DNA from: Ptychomitrium polyphyllum
Taxonomy: Eukaryota
DNA length: 64,000 nucleotides
Direction of reading: 5' to 3'
Assembly (NCBI GenBank): GCA_973851085.1
Contig: OZ316775.1
Coordinates: forward strand, 17,732,001 to 17,796,000
Shown one piece after another: positions 1-13,671 of this stretch; position 1 is the stretch's first letter; every line of letters begins with the position of its first letter. Both the position numbers and the translations under genes were made by a program. The notes under the pieces were generated by a model. It ran no database searches, was not told the DNA's origin, and was given only the letters and a program-made list of their open reading frames with translations.

Positions 1-1607
1 TCAACTTATTGAGCAAAGAGATCTGATGTGAATTATGACAATCGTCATTGATCCTTTTTGTCCTTCTGAATGTGACTACTCCTGGTGCCCATTCTCCTTG
101 TGAGCCCTGTCTCAGTAAAGTGAAAGTGACCACTACAGATTTAGGTACGACAGCTTACGAGTAGCCACCTTTGTTACCGAAAACATGAAGAAATGAAGTT
201 TTCCTGTGCAATACTGAGTTTTCCCTGACCGAGTTCTGAAGGAAGAAAAACGAAGTAGAAAACGAAGCCAGCTTGTTGACTCGTCGAGGCTCCCCTCTGT
301 TCCCAATGTGTTCGCCTAGTGCTCCTCTGCGTTTTTCTTGTGGATGGCTGTGTTTCCTTTCATTCTCTATGCGTTTTTCTTGTTTTGTTTGTTTTGTTCT
401 TGTTTTCTCTGCGTTTTTTGTTTTCGGTAACTATGGTAGCCAATATATACACATGGGGATTCTAGATCACTAGGTGCAGCCGAAACCAAACGAAGCGGGA
501 TACGTTAGTAATAACTTATCCGACAATGGAGTTCAGGCGAGTGTCATGTGTGCAAAGGTGAACCCAATCAATGCTACACTCTGAAAGTACAAGGATTCAG
601 AAAATAATGCACGAAAAGCCACCATTACATTATGCAGCTCTGCCAGCATCCACACCGTTGTGACTGGAGCTCCAATTGCCACTGAGTTACCAAGGTCCCT
701 ACAAGGCAAGTTCAAGCACCGACTGTACTTTCACCTACAGAACTAAAGCCCAGTTAGGGCCAGCACTGAATTCCTCAGTTGAAAATTGGAACGGTACAAC
801 ACAAGTGTAACAGCGTCGCTTCACACTGACGCAACATCTAATTTGAGGTTCTCAAACTTAGCTTTAAACTTTAGAGCATGCATTCAAGTTGAAAAAAATT
901 ACTGCCATGCACAATTTCTTGCATAAACTCGCGAATTTCCCACTATACAGAATTTCTTAAACCTCGACAGGGACTGATGTGGCTGATTCGGGGGGAAACC
1001 TTGACTGCGGTTTGCAAGGTGATATTCTTCAGGCTTATGCAGCAATATGAAAGAAGGCAGTTCAAAATGCCTCTAGGGGCTACGTGGTGGATAGCGGCTG
1101 ACTCAGTGAGATGAGTAGTATGAGGAGTGGGTTTTTTGGGCGGACTGTCTTGACGGTCGGCTTTGTTACGAGCCCAACAAGGTAAATCACAGATTTTTTG
1201 CAGAAGGTCAGGAGCACTGCTGCTTGATGCTTTCTGTACTATATCATAATATTTCATAGGCTTAGTTCTGACAATGCGTAAGTTAAATTGAGCTCTCGAT
1301 TGCATAGTACAACCGTTATAACGTCTTGCTCTGGTTTATGATCAGTCTGTAAGTCCAGGCAAGACTCAGTTACAGATTGCCTCATGACTTATGAGTAACA
1401 TTTGCAACTGGTCCACTAAGTGATGGGAGGCAAACATTCAAGGGAAGCAAAGTATGTATCTGGAACAAGTACAACATCTGCTCTCGGTACTGGAATAGCT
1501 GAACAGTTTGGCAAAGACACGGTATGAGTTCCGTGCTCGAAGTTGAACACACAGTGGAATAATTTACAACACCATAACATTCTGCATCCAAAGCTAACGA
1601 TGACTAT

Positions 1608-2648
1608 CTACTCCCCAAAGAGGCCAGTAACAAAGTTAAACACGCTTTCCAACGTACTTCCTGCATCTTCCGACATCTCAATATCAGGCATCTCAAACCC
1701 TGACACATCTGGTATTTGTGGCATTTCACCCCCTTCGAATCCCTCCACAGCTCCAGCAGCCTGATCAAATGCAAATCCCATGGCTGCACTCTGCGCTGGT
1801 TGCACCAGAAAGTTGCCGAAGGCATCTTTAGCATAGTGCTTGCCCACTTGGTGCAGGCCAATGCAAATGGCCAAAATAGCAGTATAGTCCACACCGGGAG
1901 CTATGTCGATGGTAAACTCGGAACCCACTCCCAAGGCAGCATTGAGGATCAAAGCTTGCACGGATTTCGTGAACACTGCAACTCGTTCATCCTTCTCATT
2001 CACAAGTTGGATAGTCCGGCCGGCAAGGTCGAGCAAGATCGAGTAGGTAGGTTCTTTCTCTTCGTCTCCAGCAAAGACGGCTAGGTTGTGTCTAATGGAC
2101 TTGGACTTGAGCCGTGAGAGTCTCGCGATATTGCAAATAGTTACCTCACCAGTGGCATCAAGGATTCGCTGCCTGCCGTGGATGGACATACCCTTGGGCC
2201 TCACTTTCAAGTCTGGCATTCCATGATACCCTGAGATGTAGCAGATTGACTCCCAGTCTCCTAGTGGATTGTCAGGAATCACATCCAAAGGATCTAAGCT
2301 GTCGTAAGGGTTCTTTCCGTAGTGGTGCGAGACGCACATCAAGCGCCCTTCGGTGTCAAATATTCTGTTGTCATCTACACTAAGATGAGCTTTCTTCCAG
2401 ACAAACCTGGTCTCCCGATCACAATACTGCCCTCCCACGACAATCCCTGTTCCTGGCCTCTGGGGGACCAGATTTGCAAGCGGAGGTCCCACTGCGACTT
2501 CCACCAAGAAATTGGGATCGCTTATTTTCTGAAGCTCGGTCGGCTTCTTCCTCCTTTGGTCCATGACTACGCTCAGAAGGTCTATATCAAACAACGGAAA
2601 CTCGTCCTTGGCATCAAATGGAAGACATACAAAAGTTATTGACACCAT
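1608..2648 (-). CDS. LURP-one-related (LOR / Tubby C-terminal-like) domain protein, 346 aa, intronless CDS
   Basis: Complete ATG-to-TAG ORF. The C-terminal motif FTIDIAPGVDYTAILAICIGL and KVRPKGMSIHGRQRILD resemble LOR/Tub_2 motifs; acidic low-complexity tail. Confidence 0.7.
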   Translation of the reverse strand: MVSITFVCLPFDAKDEFPLFDIDLLSVVMDQRRKKPTELQKISDPNFLVEVAVGPPLANLVPQRPGTGIVVGGQYCDRETRFVWKKAHLSVDDNRIFDTEGRLMCVSHHYGKNPYDSLDPLDVIPDNPLGDWESICYISGYHGMPDLKVRPKGMSIHGRQRILDATGEVTICNIARLSRLKSKSIRHNLAVFAGDEEKEPTYSILLDLAGRTIQLVNEKDERVAVFTKSVQALILNAALGVGSEFTIDIAPGVDYTAILAICIGLHQVGKHYAKDAFGNFLVQPAQSAAMGFAFDQAAGAVEGFEGGEMPQIPDVSGFEMPDIEMSEDAGSTLESVFNFVTGLFGE

Positions 2649-5600
2649 CCATTGAACCTCCCAACAATCTTTCTAATAATCTCCTCAGGGATAGGAACTC
2701 TCTTGCTACAAGAATCGATCGACATTGAAGGTGGACTGAGAAGGGCTCTTCAACTTGTGAATTGTCACGGGTCTCTTGCCGACTTTATCAACAGTAAAAG
2801 CTTTCTATGACGTCTCACAACCTAGTATCGATTATTTTTGAGCTGTCAAATACCAATCCATTAAAAGATTGATTCGAGATAGATGTTTATGCACCACACA
2901 TACCAACATAACGTACACGCACATGTTCCAAAGCCATCAACAAACCCAAACACAAAGAGAAACCCATGTACCACCTCGGTACAAATGCGAGGAAAAATGT
3001 TAAAACTCCAGCGGTCACTAACCCTCCCTCAGAGCTCGCTTATCGCCACAACAAGTGACAGCGTCAGATACAGCTTACATAGAAGAACAATGAGCCAACG
3101 GATTGCAATGTCTCAACGGATTTCAATGTCTCTTACCTATATACCAAGAAGAAGCAACAGCAACTCCAACCTGCGATCAAACACCGCCCCCGTGTCAAGA
3201 ACTCGTTAAACTTCCATTGCCACTCTTCACCTGCAAGAAGACATGGCCAAGATAAAACACAGCCCACCTTGACAAGCCTCTCCAACTCTTCCCAACTTCA
3301 GGCTCCAAACTCAAGAAGAAGCATTATTTTTGAATACTCCACCAGAGGAGTCGGCTTTAGCGCGCGATGTGCCCTCCACGAAACACGCATGCGCAAAAGT
3401 AAACACCTCAACGATCCAAATCCCAAGCTCGCCCCGAGATCTGTCGCTGCATTCTATTCGAGCATAAAATTGGGTGCGGAAATTCAACGCGAGAAAAGCA
3501 ACTCCGCAGCAAGATCTGAAGCTCGCTTTCCCTAGTTCAGAGGCGAAGATACCAATGAAGCATTAAAATCTAGGAAGAGTATAGATTGAAGGTGCAAAAC
3601 TTGAAGTTCTCTTGATTATCTGGTTTGATGGCATGCCCTCAGGAGTCCATTGTGGGGATCAATGTCAACAGCGTGGGATTATCCGATCCGTTGCGGCCGC
3701 TGCAATTTACAACTGGCCTAGAAAAGTATGTGCTTCTTTGACCTTAATACACGTTATTGCACATGTCAGAAGACGTGGACTACAGTAGCGATTCTACCAA
3801 CTTCTTTGAAGTCTCATGTGCGGAAGCCTTTGGCTGTGATGCGTTTTTGCTAGGGTTCAACATTTGGCAGATGGGTTTATGCAGATTACTGATATCACCA
3901 TGTCTGTGAGCTTCACATGTCTACACCTGAAAGGAAACGAGACTTCAGAATGGAGAATCGGAAGAAAAACCCACATTAGGTCAAGTGGAAATTGCAGAAT
4001 TCTCCGTAGTTTTGGTTAGAGAGCTTGAAGACCTTTGCCGATGTCGCTGTACGGTGAGGGTTGGCGAGACACCTTTGGAAATTTCTAAGCGAATACTCGG
4101 CCAGAGTGGGTCGTTGGCCATTTCTTCTTCGCATCTGACTTGAAATTATTTTGATAAATGATGTTTTGGCCAAATGCGCAGATCAAGAGTTGTTCCGCAC
4201 CTGACAGTGGGAGGTTATCTCATTCACTATTGAGCCAAGTTCGGTGAGTGCTGCTGCTTCGTTTCCAACTTTTAGGTTGGACGTGTGAAGGCTTATTTCA
4301 ACTGCCTGTAATGTACTTCTCTAGTACTGATTGCCTTCCGCAAACTCTGTAACCTTTAATATGGCGGTGCATGTTGTAATATTGCTAGTATATTCTTTTG
4401 AAAGAGTATTCAATGGAAGCTGCCCGAAAGCTGTCGTGATCGAATCTTTTGGTTTTTGTTTATAGCAAACGCATACCTCTTTCCTTCTGGTCATATGACA
4501 TCTTGTTTTACCGATGAATTGTTGAAGGTAGAGAGCAGCAACTGCGTCGGGGCTGTAATGTGTTTGTCAGGCACCTTTTCAGAGGCAGATTGTATCTTCA
4601 TGGTACGAGCCTTAACTTCCCACCACTTCGACGTCAAGACATGTTCCATGAAGCTACTATCTGCTTTTGGAATGTGCCTGACTAGTACATTTCCACGCAA
4701 TTGCTGCTCTTTACCTTATATGAGATGTGCAAAGGCACGTGAATGCAAGGAGAGATGAGGAAGATCCTGAAATTTAACTTTCACGAGAATTTCCAGAGTT
4801 GCTGGTTCACACCTGGCTTTGTCCGACCCTGCTTTGGAGTTCATTAAGCAAGTATGCGCCGTTCTGGTTCGTGATAATCGTGTTCAGCACAATCTCATGG
4901 TATGTCTTTTAGAGAATCTTTCGCTAGTTCAACTACTAATTTACAACTCCTGCTGTGATTGACCACATTCAATGTATGCATGTAATTTATACCCCCTGTG
5001 TTTGAGTTAACATACAAGGTGAGCTCGAGACTGAGGTTTATCAGAATTTGTTGAAACTGCAGGGCATGAGAAAAAGCTGTTAAAGTTGGTTCATGTCTGA
5101 GAATCTTTGCTGAGACTGCGGTATTTGAAGACCCATATGGCTGCTTAACTCTAGCAAATGTCACATGCAGGTACTAAATGGCACTGAAATGAGCAGCATG
5201 AAAATTATCGGTTAGAAAGTAGCGGCTTATTCCATGTCGTGTATCTCGTGATGAAATTCTGTTCTGTTGCTCTTCCAGTAAGTGGAATGTGTATTACTGT
5301 ATCCTTGAGAAACTCGGCAAGAACAATTGGAAGAGATTGTTACCTAGCTTGTAATGCCTTTGGAGCATTCATCTAGGGTCATGTTGCAGGTATTTTGTAA
5401 CACCAAGGATTCGCAGGTGAAGGTTCCCTTATTACGGAGTAGGTGCGTAACTGCGAGCTAGATTACATTGTATCCAGTAGCTGTGCTGAGCGTATTATAA
5501 CCTGTGGCCCTTCAAGACCATGGATAAGAGGTTGCTGTGTCTAGGTTCCATCCTGCCTTCAGTTCTCTGAACGTGAAGTGGCTGATACGCTACCTGGAGG

Positions 5601-6763
5601 AATTCAGGACTTGAGGTCGTGAGATTCGTCACTACAAAGAACGATCAATGAGTTACATGCAGAAGGGAGAATGATAGAATAAGAGATAAATGTAAAAAAA
5701 ATGTATCCACGTGGAAAGCGCCTGATAGAAATGATCCCGGACCTGGCAACTTGTAAGCTGCCACAGTTATCACATACAAAATTCTTCTCAAGAATAGGAA
5801 GCTGAACCTACGAGTGGCCCAGCGGTTACCAACGAAGCGTGCCTAGCTCCATCTCTTTTTCGAGACATAAAATTCATAGGAAGCCAATAATAACATTCAA
5901 TATTGTGTAGTTACGATCTGGCTCCAGGAAAATCAGAAAATACTTCAAATGAATAATGGTGCTTCTGGCGTACTCTCAGCTCAATGGTAGTACTGAAAAT
6001 CTAAGTGGTGCATTTACTATGAATTTAAGCATTCTACCTTAAATAAAATTTTTTAGCTTGATAATGTTCATGTTATAGAACTTCAACATGAGTTCACAAT
6101 ATAAAGTTCAAATCAATAAAAAGCCTTGACTGAAACAGCAGATCCAGACTATTTGAAATTTTCAGTGCAGACAGATTTCAACAATACAAAATCGATGATT
6201 TAAATACCAACGCATGGCATTTCAAAAAATACCAGCGATGACCCCAACCCATCAATTTATTTCATATATGCAATGATCAAATCCAGCAAGTGGTCAATTC
6301 AAAGTTAGCAAGTCGTTGAGCTGTACTGCAATAGCCTGTAGTTAGAAAAGAAAGTACCTTCAGGTACGATGAAGAAATGACTCAATGAATCAGCAACTGA
6401 ACTGGTGTGGAGCAGCGTGGGCAGCAGCTTGTTCGCCGGCTGTCATGCTCTCTAATGAAATTTTCTCACGTGCGACAACTTCTTCCAACCAGCCATCAGG
6501 TTCTCCCCTCATGCCACCATCTGGTGCGTTCTTCTATTACCAAATTCTCCATTCAAGCTCTATATAATAACCCCCCCACTTCTCTTCTCAAGCGGCGATG
6601 TTTAACACAAGTATCAGATACTTCCTCTACTCTGCTCTTTTAGCTGTATATTGATCGACATTCCTCCCCAGAAAGCTTTCTAATTCAGACATTCACTCAC
6701 ACCTTTGGTTTCGCCATAGATACAAGGTACTCGAATGTTCAATCGTTGAATCGTTAACTTATC

Positions 6764-7462
6764 ATGGCAGAGACAATGCAATCCACCGTCTCTCAAGTAG
6801 GAGGCCATTCGACACTCCCCTCACTCACAAGCTCCAGGAATATATTGAATGCGAGTTCGCGCGTGGCGCGCGCACCCAGGTTGGCGACGTCGCTGGCGAG
6901 GCGAGTGCGGTGCGAGGCGGGCAAGGGGCTGCGCGAGACCATCGACGAGAGCACGAAGAAGGACATCACGGAGGCGGAGATCCGGAAGAGCATGGAGAGC
7001 AACGAGTCGGAGCAGCGGTCGTACTTCGGCGCCAAGCCGACGGCGGGGTTCGACCAGGCGGTGGGGTTCACCCCGCGCCCGGAGATCGAGCGGCGGCCGG
7101 AGACGGGCGACAAGTCGTTCCTGAGCGTGTTCGCGTTCGACGGCGCGGCGCCGGAGGCCATCAACTGCCGGCTGGCGATGCTGGGGATGGTGTGGGCGTT
7201 CGTGGCGGAGAAGGCGACCGGGCTGACGGTGGCGCAGCAGCTGTTCAACCCGAGCACGAGCGGGCTGGTGTACTTCGTGGGCGCGGTGCAGCTGTTCACG
7301 TACGCGTCGCTGGTGCCGATCATGAACGGCGAGTCGACGGACGCGCGCAGCTTCGGGCCGTTCACGGCGAGGGCGGAGCGATGGAACGGGCGGCTGGCAA
7401 TGCTGGGGTTCCTGTCGCTGGTGGTGACGGAGCTGATCCGAGGAGTACCCGTCTTCCACTAG
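6764..7462 (+). CDS. ELIP: Early light-induced protein (LHC-like), copy A, with a unique N-terminal transit peptide
   Basis: LHC motifs APEAINCRLAMLG and AERWNGRLAMLG, three hydrophobic helices, S/T/R-rich transit peptide ending RVRC. Confidence 0.9.
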   Translation: MAETMQSTVSQVGGHSTLPSLTSSRNILNASSRVARAPRLATSLARRVRCEAGKGLRETIDESTKKDITEAEIRKSMESNESEQRSYFGAKPTAGFDQAVGFTPRPEIERRPETGDKSFLSVFAFDGAAPEAINCRLAMLGMVWAFVAEKATGLTVAQQLFNPSTSGLVYFVGAVQLFTYASLVPIMNGESTDARSFGPFTARAERWNGRLAMLGFLSLVVTELIRGVPVFH

Positions 7463-10400
7463 GTTTGTCGAGATGGCGTATGCCCATGGCGTCTCCTTTT
7501 TGGTGCTCAATCTCTTCATGTACATAAGGCTGGCAGACTGCGGGGTCTGTCTTCACAGCGAGGTTTTCCCCGGTCAGTTCAGAGTGCCGGTTCGTGGCCG
7601 AGAGAACCGCATTTGGATGTGGAAGTACAGTCATAATTGACGGAAGGATACATAGCTCTTGGAGAGTAGAGTCTGGAACAATTTTGCAGAATTGTTGGAA
7701 ATAGCAGGAGAATTTTCGATGGGTCACGCCGAATTCTACAGCAGTGCTGTGAGGTGTAATTTTGTGAGTTGAATATAAGTCCAATACGACTTCAGATTGT
7801 TCGAACCTGTAATTGTTACTTGTCATGTCTGTCGGAACGGGTGCTTGTGCGAAATGAAGTGATTAAAAGCTCCTCCACCGTCGAACGTCCCTCACTTCGA
7901 AAACTGAAACTCTGGTAAGCTTCGATTTTGCTGAACTGAGAATATGCATAAGGACAGAGTTGTATGCAATGTCCTTGGTACACGTCCGATACAGTGATCT
8001 TTCTCCGAGTAGAATGGTGTAGTGTCCAACATTCAAATGCCGCTCACAATGGCTGGAAAGGGATGCAGTATGTGCACCTTGTTATCAACGTTGTCGGAAG
8101 TCAAAGTACACTGCAACTCTGAGTCTGCACTATGATGTCTCTGGGAAACTTCGCTTCTCCCCGTTGTAGAAGTGCTTTCCTATACCTATTGAAACTCGTA
8201 TTCTCAGGTATCGAGCTGTGCCAAGGCAGAAGTGAACTGGTCATGGGCATGGTGTTCCGACTGTTATGTTGGGATTTGTGGAACATCTGTCGAGGTCCAC
8301 AGTGCGATGTTTCCTAGTAACAGCCAAATCCTGAAGTGTAACTTCCAGGTTTTCCATACCGCAGCACCTTTGGACAGATGTGAGAATCCCACACCGCATT
8401 CGGGAAAACGTACGAATGCTGCTACTGCAACTGACTGTAGTCTATGTAGGACGAGGAGGGATGTTGTTCTCTTTGTTGGGTCGAACATCAGCACGCGGCT
8501 GATTGTTGTTTCCCCTGGTAACACGGTGTGCCACTGATTCCCTGGAATCATGTCCGAAAGACCTTCCTCCAAAACCTTCTCGCCACTGGATTCGAACCGC
8601 TCTCCGAGAATTGGATATTGACCTCTCAACACATAAAATAGCGCGTTCCTTGTCCGCCTGCCGCCCAAATAACAGACTGCATCCAAAAGTAAGAAACGAG
8701 GGTTGAGGAAGACAGTGTTGTAAGCCGTCGTAGTTGTAAGTAAACACTTGCAAGTCCCAACAGCCTCTCCGCACGTCTCATCACACTTCAATACCTCTGA
8801 AAATCCAAACTCCCATCGTGTGATATGTGATGGAACATCACCTTTTAGTTATGGGAATAAAGCATTGCATATCTTGGCATCCATCCACCGTATGTACCCA
8901 GTGGCAGGCACAGACGGCATCTGTTGAAAACTGCACAGCATGTATCGGAGTAACCTAGTTATTGGCGACCATGGCTCCTCTGTAAACATTTCGAACCGTG
9001 GTAAGATAATCAGAATTAGTGACACCAGACACAGGTATGGATGGCAGTCAGGTGATACCAAGGGGCTACTCGGACGACACTCAGGCTGGTAGCTCGAAAA
9101 GTGAACGGTATTGCCACGGTGTAAGCCTGTCTCGACTTCTTGTGCCCAGCCAGGTGATCTAACGACGACGTGGCGCAAGGATGGTTGTTTCATACACCAG
9201 CCAACTAGCAGCCTCAAACTCATTTCGACTCGAGGACCACACGCCGTCGATGCGAGGCTTCGAAGGAGGACGGATGAGGCGGAGACGTGGTCGACTGACG
9301 ATGAGAGCAGCTTGCTGGGACGAGGCTGTACTTTGACCAAGGCCTTTTGCAGTCCGATGCCACATGCGCCCCAGTGGCACCTCTCCTTCGAACTGCGAAA
9401 GCTCGTGCCCACGCTCGCGGTCGTAAGCGAAAAGAACACTCGCTTTGCTCTGGCGCGTCGCGTTGCGTGCATCTGGCAGCCCTGCATGCCCATCAACGGC
9501 CCTGCACCTGGGAATATCATCTGGGCCCACCGGGCCTCCGGGAAGTATATAAGGCGAGGTGGGGGGGTGTCTTTTCATACCATCACACTGCAGTGAGTAG
9601 CGCATCCACCCGCAACCTCAACTAGAGAGCGCAAGTCCCGAATTGCGCAGCAAATTCTGTGGCTCTGTACCATCATCGGTGTTCTCGTGCTAAATTTCAG
9701 CTCCGAACAGAAGCTGCCTCCGACTCGAGGAGCCAGAGCAGCATTTGTCCTCGGGACTGTGTATAGTTCTCTGTCGAGCGGCTAGTAGAATTACACAATG
9801 GCAGCTGTGACGTCGCAGACGACTGCTGCCGCCGGCTTGGCGGGCGGCCTCACGGCCTTCACGTCGTCCCCATCCGGCAGGAAGGCCTCGCTGAGAGCTA
9901 GCTCTCGCGTGGCGCGCGCACCCAGGTTGGCGACGTCGCTGGCGGGGCGAGTGCGGTGCGAGGCGGGCAAGGGGCTGCGCGAGACCATCGACGAGAGCAC
10001 GAAGAAGGACATCACGGAGGCGGAGATCCGGAAGAGCATGGAGAGCAACGAGTCGGAGCAGCGGTCGTACTTCGGCGCCAAGCCGACGGCGGGGTTCGAC
10101 CAGGCGGTGGGGTTCACCCCGCGCCCGGAGATCGAGCGGCGGCCGGAGACGGGCGACAAGTCGTTCCTGAGCGTGTTCGCGTTCGACGGCGCGGCGCCGG
10201 AGGCCATCAACTGCCGGCTGGCGATGCTGGGGATGGTGTGGGCGTTCGTGGCGGAGAAGGCGACCGGGCTGACGGTGGCGCAGCAGCTGTTCAACCCGAG
10301 CACGAGCGGGCTGGTGTACTTCGTGGGCGCGGTGCAGCTGTTCACGTACGCGTCGCTGGTGCCGATCATGAACGGCGAGTCGACGGACGCGCGCAGCTTC

Positions 10401-10507
10401 GGGCCGTTCACGGCGAGGGCGGAGCGATGGAACGGGCGGCTGGCAATGCTGGGGTTCCTGTCGCTGGTGGTGACGGAGCTGATCCGAGGAGTACCCGTCT
10501 TCCACTA
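6860..10507 (+). repeat. 3.65-kb direct segmental duplication, copy 1 (ELIP-spacer-ELIP)
   Basis: Matches 18145-21792 at a constant offset of 11285; spacer ORFs translate identically; mismatches noticed only at 6899 and 10499. Confidence 0.95.
9168..9552 (+). promoter_or_regulatory. ELIP B promoter: ABRE ACGTGGC (9168), ACGTGG (9285), TATA box TATATAA (9546)
   Basis: Motifs read directly; ABREs fit known ABA/desiccation induction of ELIPs. Possible 5'UTR intron GTGAGT 9593 to TTTCAG 9700. Confidence 0.55.
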
Positions 10508-10508
10508 A
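9798..10508 (+). CDS. ELIP: Early light-induced protein, copy B (236 aa)
   Basis: Same LHC motifs; intact ORF; mature region identical to the other copies. Confidence 0.93.
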   Translation: MAAVTSQTTAAAGLAGGLTAFTSSPSGRKASLRASSRVARAPRLATSLAGRVRCEAGKGLRETIDESTKKDITEAEIRKSMESNESEQRSYFGAKPTAGFDQAVGFTPRPEIERRPETGDKSFLSVFAFDGAAPEAINCRLAMLGMVWAFVAEKATGLTVAQQLFNPSTSGLVYFVGAVQLFTYASLVPIMNGESTDARSFGPFTARAERWNGRLAMLGFLSLVVTELIRGVPVFH

Positions 10509-11658
10509 GTTGGATTATTTAGTAGTGCCTGTGGCTGTAGGTTCGGTGCAGTGGATTGGAATATTGTTGGTATTTGGTGTTGATGGAATTATGTGTATAT
10601 CTGATGTAGTTAGGTACGATGGATATGGAGTGTTTGCGTCGTCTGGTGTGAAAGAATGTATATAACATGATGAAATTATTATGATTCTCTTTGGTGTTTA
10701 AATTAAGTGTGAGGTTTGGATTGTGTGATGTGAATTTTGTAGTGTTTGTGTAGATATGAGTTTGAAATTGTGTAGTATTTTTTAGTAATATTTATATGTA
10801 ATTGTGTGCTTAGGAAAATTTGAAAGAATATGGAATATAGTAAAGTATTTGGATGGTAGTTGAATTAGTAAATTTGGTAAAATTGTTAGCTTGTGTATTA
10901 AGAGAGAATAATCAATGAATGGTTTGTAGTTAAGAAATTATAGCTTTTACTTCAAATTAACATTTTATTGGAGAAATGAGAATAGAAGAGTAAAGTAAAA
11001 AAATTTACAATTTATATTATAGAATAATATTCAATTCTTATTGTTGTATAAAAGAATTTATTATATTATTTCAAATTTTCATTTTAAAACTTTATAATAT
11101 ATCTAGTTAATAGTAGTATTAATATTTTAGTAAATTTAAAATCTTTTTCATCTTCTAAATGTCTTCATGGATATTATCTTTTCATTTTCTTTTTATCCAA
11201 CATATTTTAAATATTTAATTTAATTAGCCATACAATTTTAGAAAATGGTTATTTAGATTGTATATATTTAGTAATTAAGAGAAGTAATTTGTACATGCAA
11301 ATGATCTTTGTTAAAATATCACTTGACTATATGTTAATATCAATAATATGGTATATTTTTGTACAATTAATCTACATTGTTTAAAAATCTACCTATTATA
11401 TAATCATAATACATTATTTTAGGATAATGAAGGCTTTGCATTTGTCATATAATAGAAGTAATTAATCATTGATGTAAATTAATTTCATCTAATTGGTGAA
11501 ATTATGAAAGATGTATGATTCTTCATTCATTTATAATTGAAACCTTGTTATAAATTCCAAATACCTTAAAATGATAAGCCTTGAGGTTTCTACTAGGCTC
11601 AAATATAAATTCCAATATAAATACTTCAAAAGTTTATTTCCACTTGCTATATGAGTGG

Positions 11659-11737
11659 TTGATGTTAGTTTGCTTGATGCTTGTCTTGATGTTAGTTTGT
11701 TTGATGTTAGTTTGTTTGATGCTAGTTTGTTTGGTGC
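11659..11737. repeat. Degenerate 15-bp tandem repeat (TTGATGTTAGTTTGT)
   Basis: About five imperfect units visible in AT-rich DNA. Confidence 0.7.
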
Positions 11738-12943
11738 ATGACTATTAAACTGCATGGTTCCTTTAAGTATGACAATATCTTCTCACAAGTCAAATGCTTA
11801 AACAATTTAAGGAATTTAAAGTGTTTAATAAGACACATGAGTGATCCCTTAGGGCATGTGTTTAGGATTTGTATGATTATTATGCCATTTTGATTTTATA
11901 TCTAATGATGGCATGAAATCATTTTTAGTATAGAAGGAAGTAAAATATGTACTTGAAGTTTACATGACTACTAAACACAAATTGAAAAAAGAATTAGAAG
12001 AGCATGCATCTTTGATTTGGAAAAGTTAATTTTTAAAATATTAATAGAAGATTACATCAACATCAAAAGCGAAATTGTTTAAGAATAAGACTTGAATACA
12101 AATGAATTGTTACAAATGGCTTTGGATAGTAATCCATGTATAAAACTTGATTTCAATGTTGATCTAAATGACTCCTCCTGTAGATGAACAACCTCCTCCA
12201 ATCATTAACCTTGGAGATGCAAAGCATCATGGAACTATGTTGTCTCATTTTCATGATGAAGGAGTGTGTGAGATGTCACTAGTACCCAAAGGGTAACTTT
12301 GGACCAAATCATTGAAGTCTTTGAATTTATATGGAAACAGTCTTTCAAAATCACTCAACCTAATTCTGGTCGGACTATAGTTAAGAAATTTTCGGGGCAC
12401 TCAGTTCTGCTGCCTTAAGATAGAGTGAATTCTAACGTCTGAGACGATCCGACATGTTCAAAATTTAATATATCAAACCAACCCCATAGACAAGCAGCTA
12501 TTGCAAGAGGAACGTGATCAGCTATGCTAAATGCACTGCTATGTCCACTTAACTTTCCATTTCATCCCAGCACTGGGTCCGAGAAATTCCCTCAACCTAA
12601 AGCATAGCATTTCTGTTCTGTGCCTTAGTAAGTCATCTATCACCTTAACCGACACATGTCGTAGCGTTACCACGCTACTGCTTGGAGTTGAAAATTAGAA
12701 TAAAAATCTATAATTCAAGAGAAGTACGCACACATCTACTATTCACTTGCCATACATAATCCGGTCAATTCATTTTCTCAAACGGTCAAGTTAAATGCAC
12801 TCTGCAAGTCGTGCAAGGAAATCTCCATATCTGTGAAATACATGGTCAAAATCAGTCGCACTAGAATGGAGAGTTGCTGTTCCAACAGGTTCTCGTGTGT
12901 TCTGAGTGTCTGAAATTGTGTGCAAATTCTAAGCACCGAGTGA

Positions 12944-13579
12944 TCACCGAGCGGCAGCCACCAAAGCTGTACGGGAGTGCGTAAATGCACTGAGTAAGGC
13001 TCCCAATTGTAGCTTCTCGTTTGTCCCAAAAGCTAATCTGTACCTGTAAATAGGAGTAGCAAGGCATGAGTTCAGATGAGTTGCCGAATGTCATATGGCT
13101 TTCTGGGCTGAACTGACGACGGTTTCCAAGGACAAACACTGCTAAGAAGACCTGACGAAGAACCATACAAGCACCAACAATGTATGCCTAGCTAAGCAGG
13201 TTATCAAAAGACGTAAATCAAAGAAATGAGTTGAATTGAGCCATACTCAATGTCTGCAAGTGCATCGATCAGCCGATATCTCACTGCCGGCGGCATATCA
13301 ATACTAAAAACAAACCTGCCATAAAAAAGAAAAACCTCAGTATTATGTTATTGCTGATGATATGAAAGCAGGACAAACGCAGTGCTTAGCCTACCAGAAT
13401 TACGAACAAAAATGAAAATAGATACACTCAGTGTTCTAAAATGTGCAAGGAGCATGTGCACTTACGGCTGAAGCTCTCTAACAACATCAACTAATGCCAG
13501 TCCTTTGCTTGTCTTCATCTGCGTTATCTCTATTGAACAAGGTTAAGGTAAATGAAGCATAGGAGAAGGAACATCCATT

Positions 13580-13671
<92 letters not shown>

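Noticed and set aside
3540..6400. Possible multi-exon plus-strand gene divergent from the LOR gene
   Set aside because: Splice-like sites and short frames exist, but I could not assemble a consistent ORF or recognise a domain.
6793..7527. Long antisense and alternate-frame ORFs over each ELIP (190-271 aa)
   Set aside because: Expected by-product of extreme GC3 codon usage, which removes stops from other frames; no domain features.
10520..12300. AT-rich segment after ELIP B as a transposase relic
   Set aside because: No interpretable reading frame or termini.
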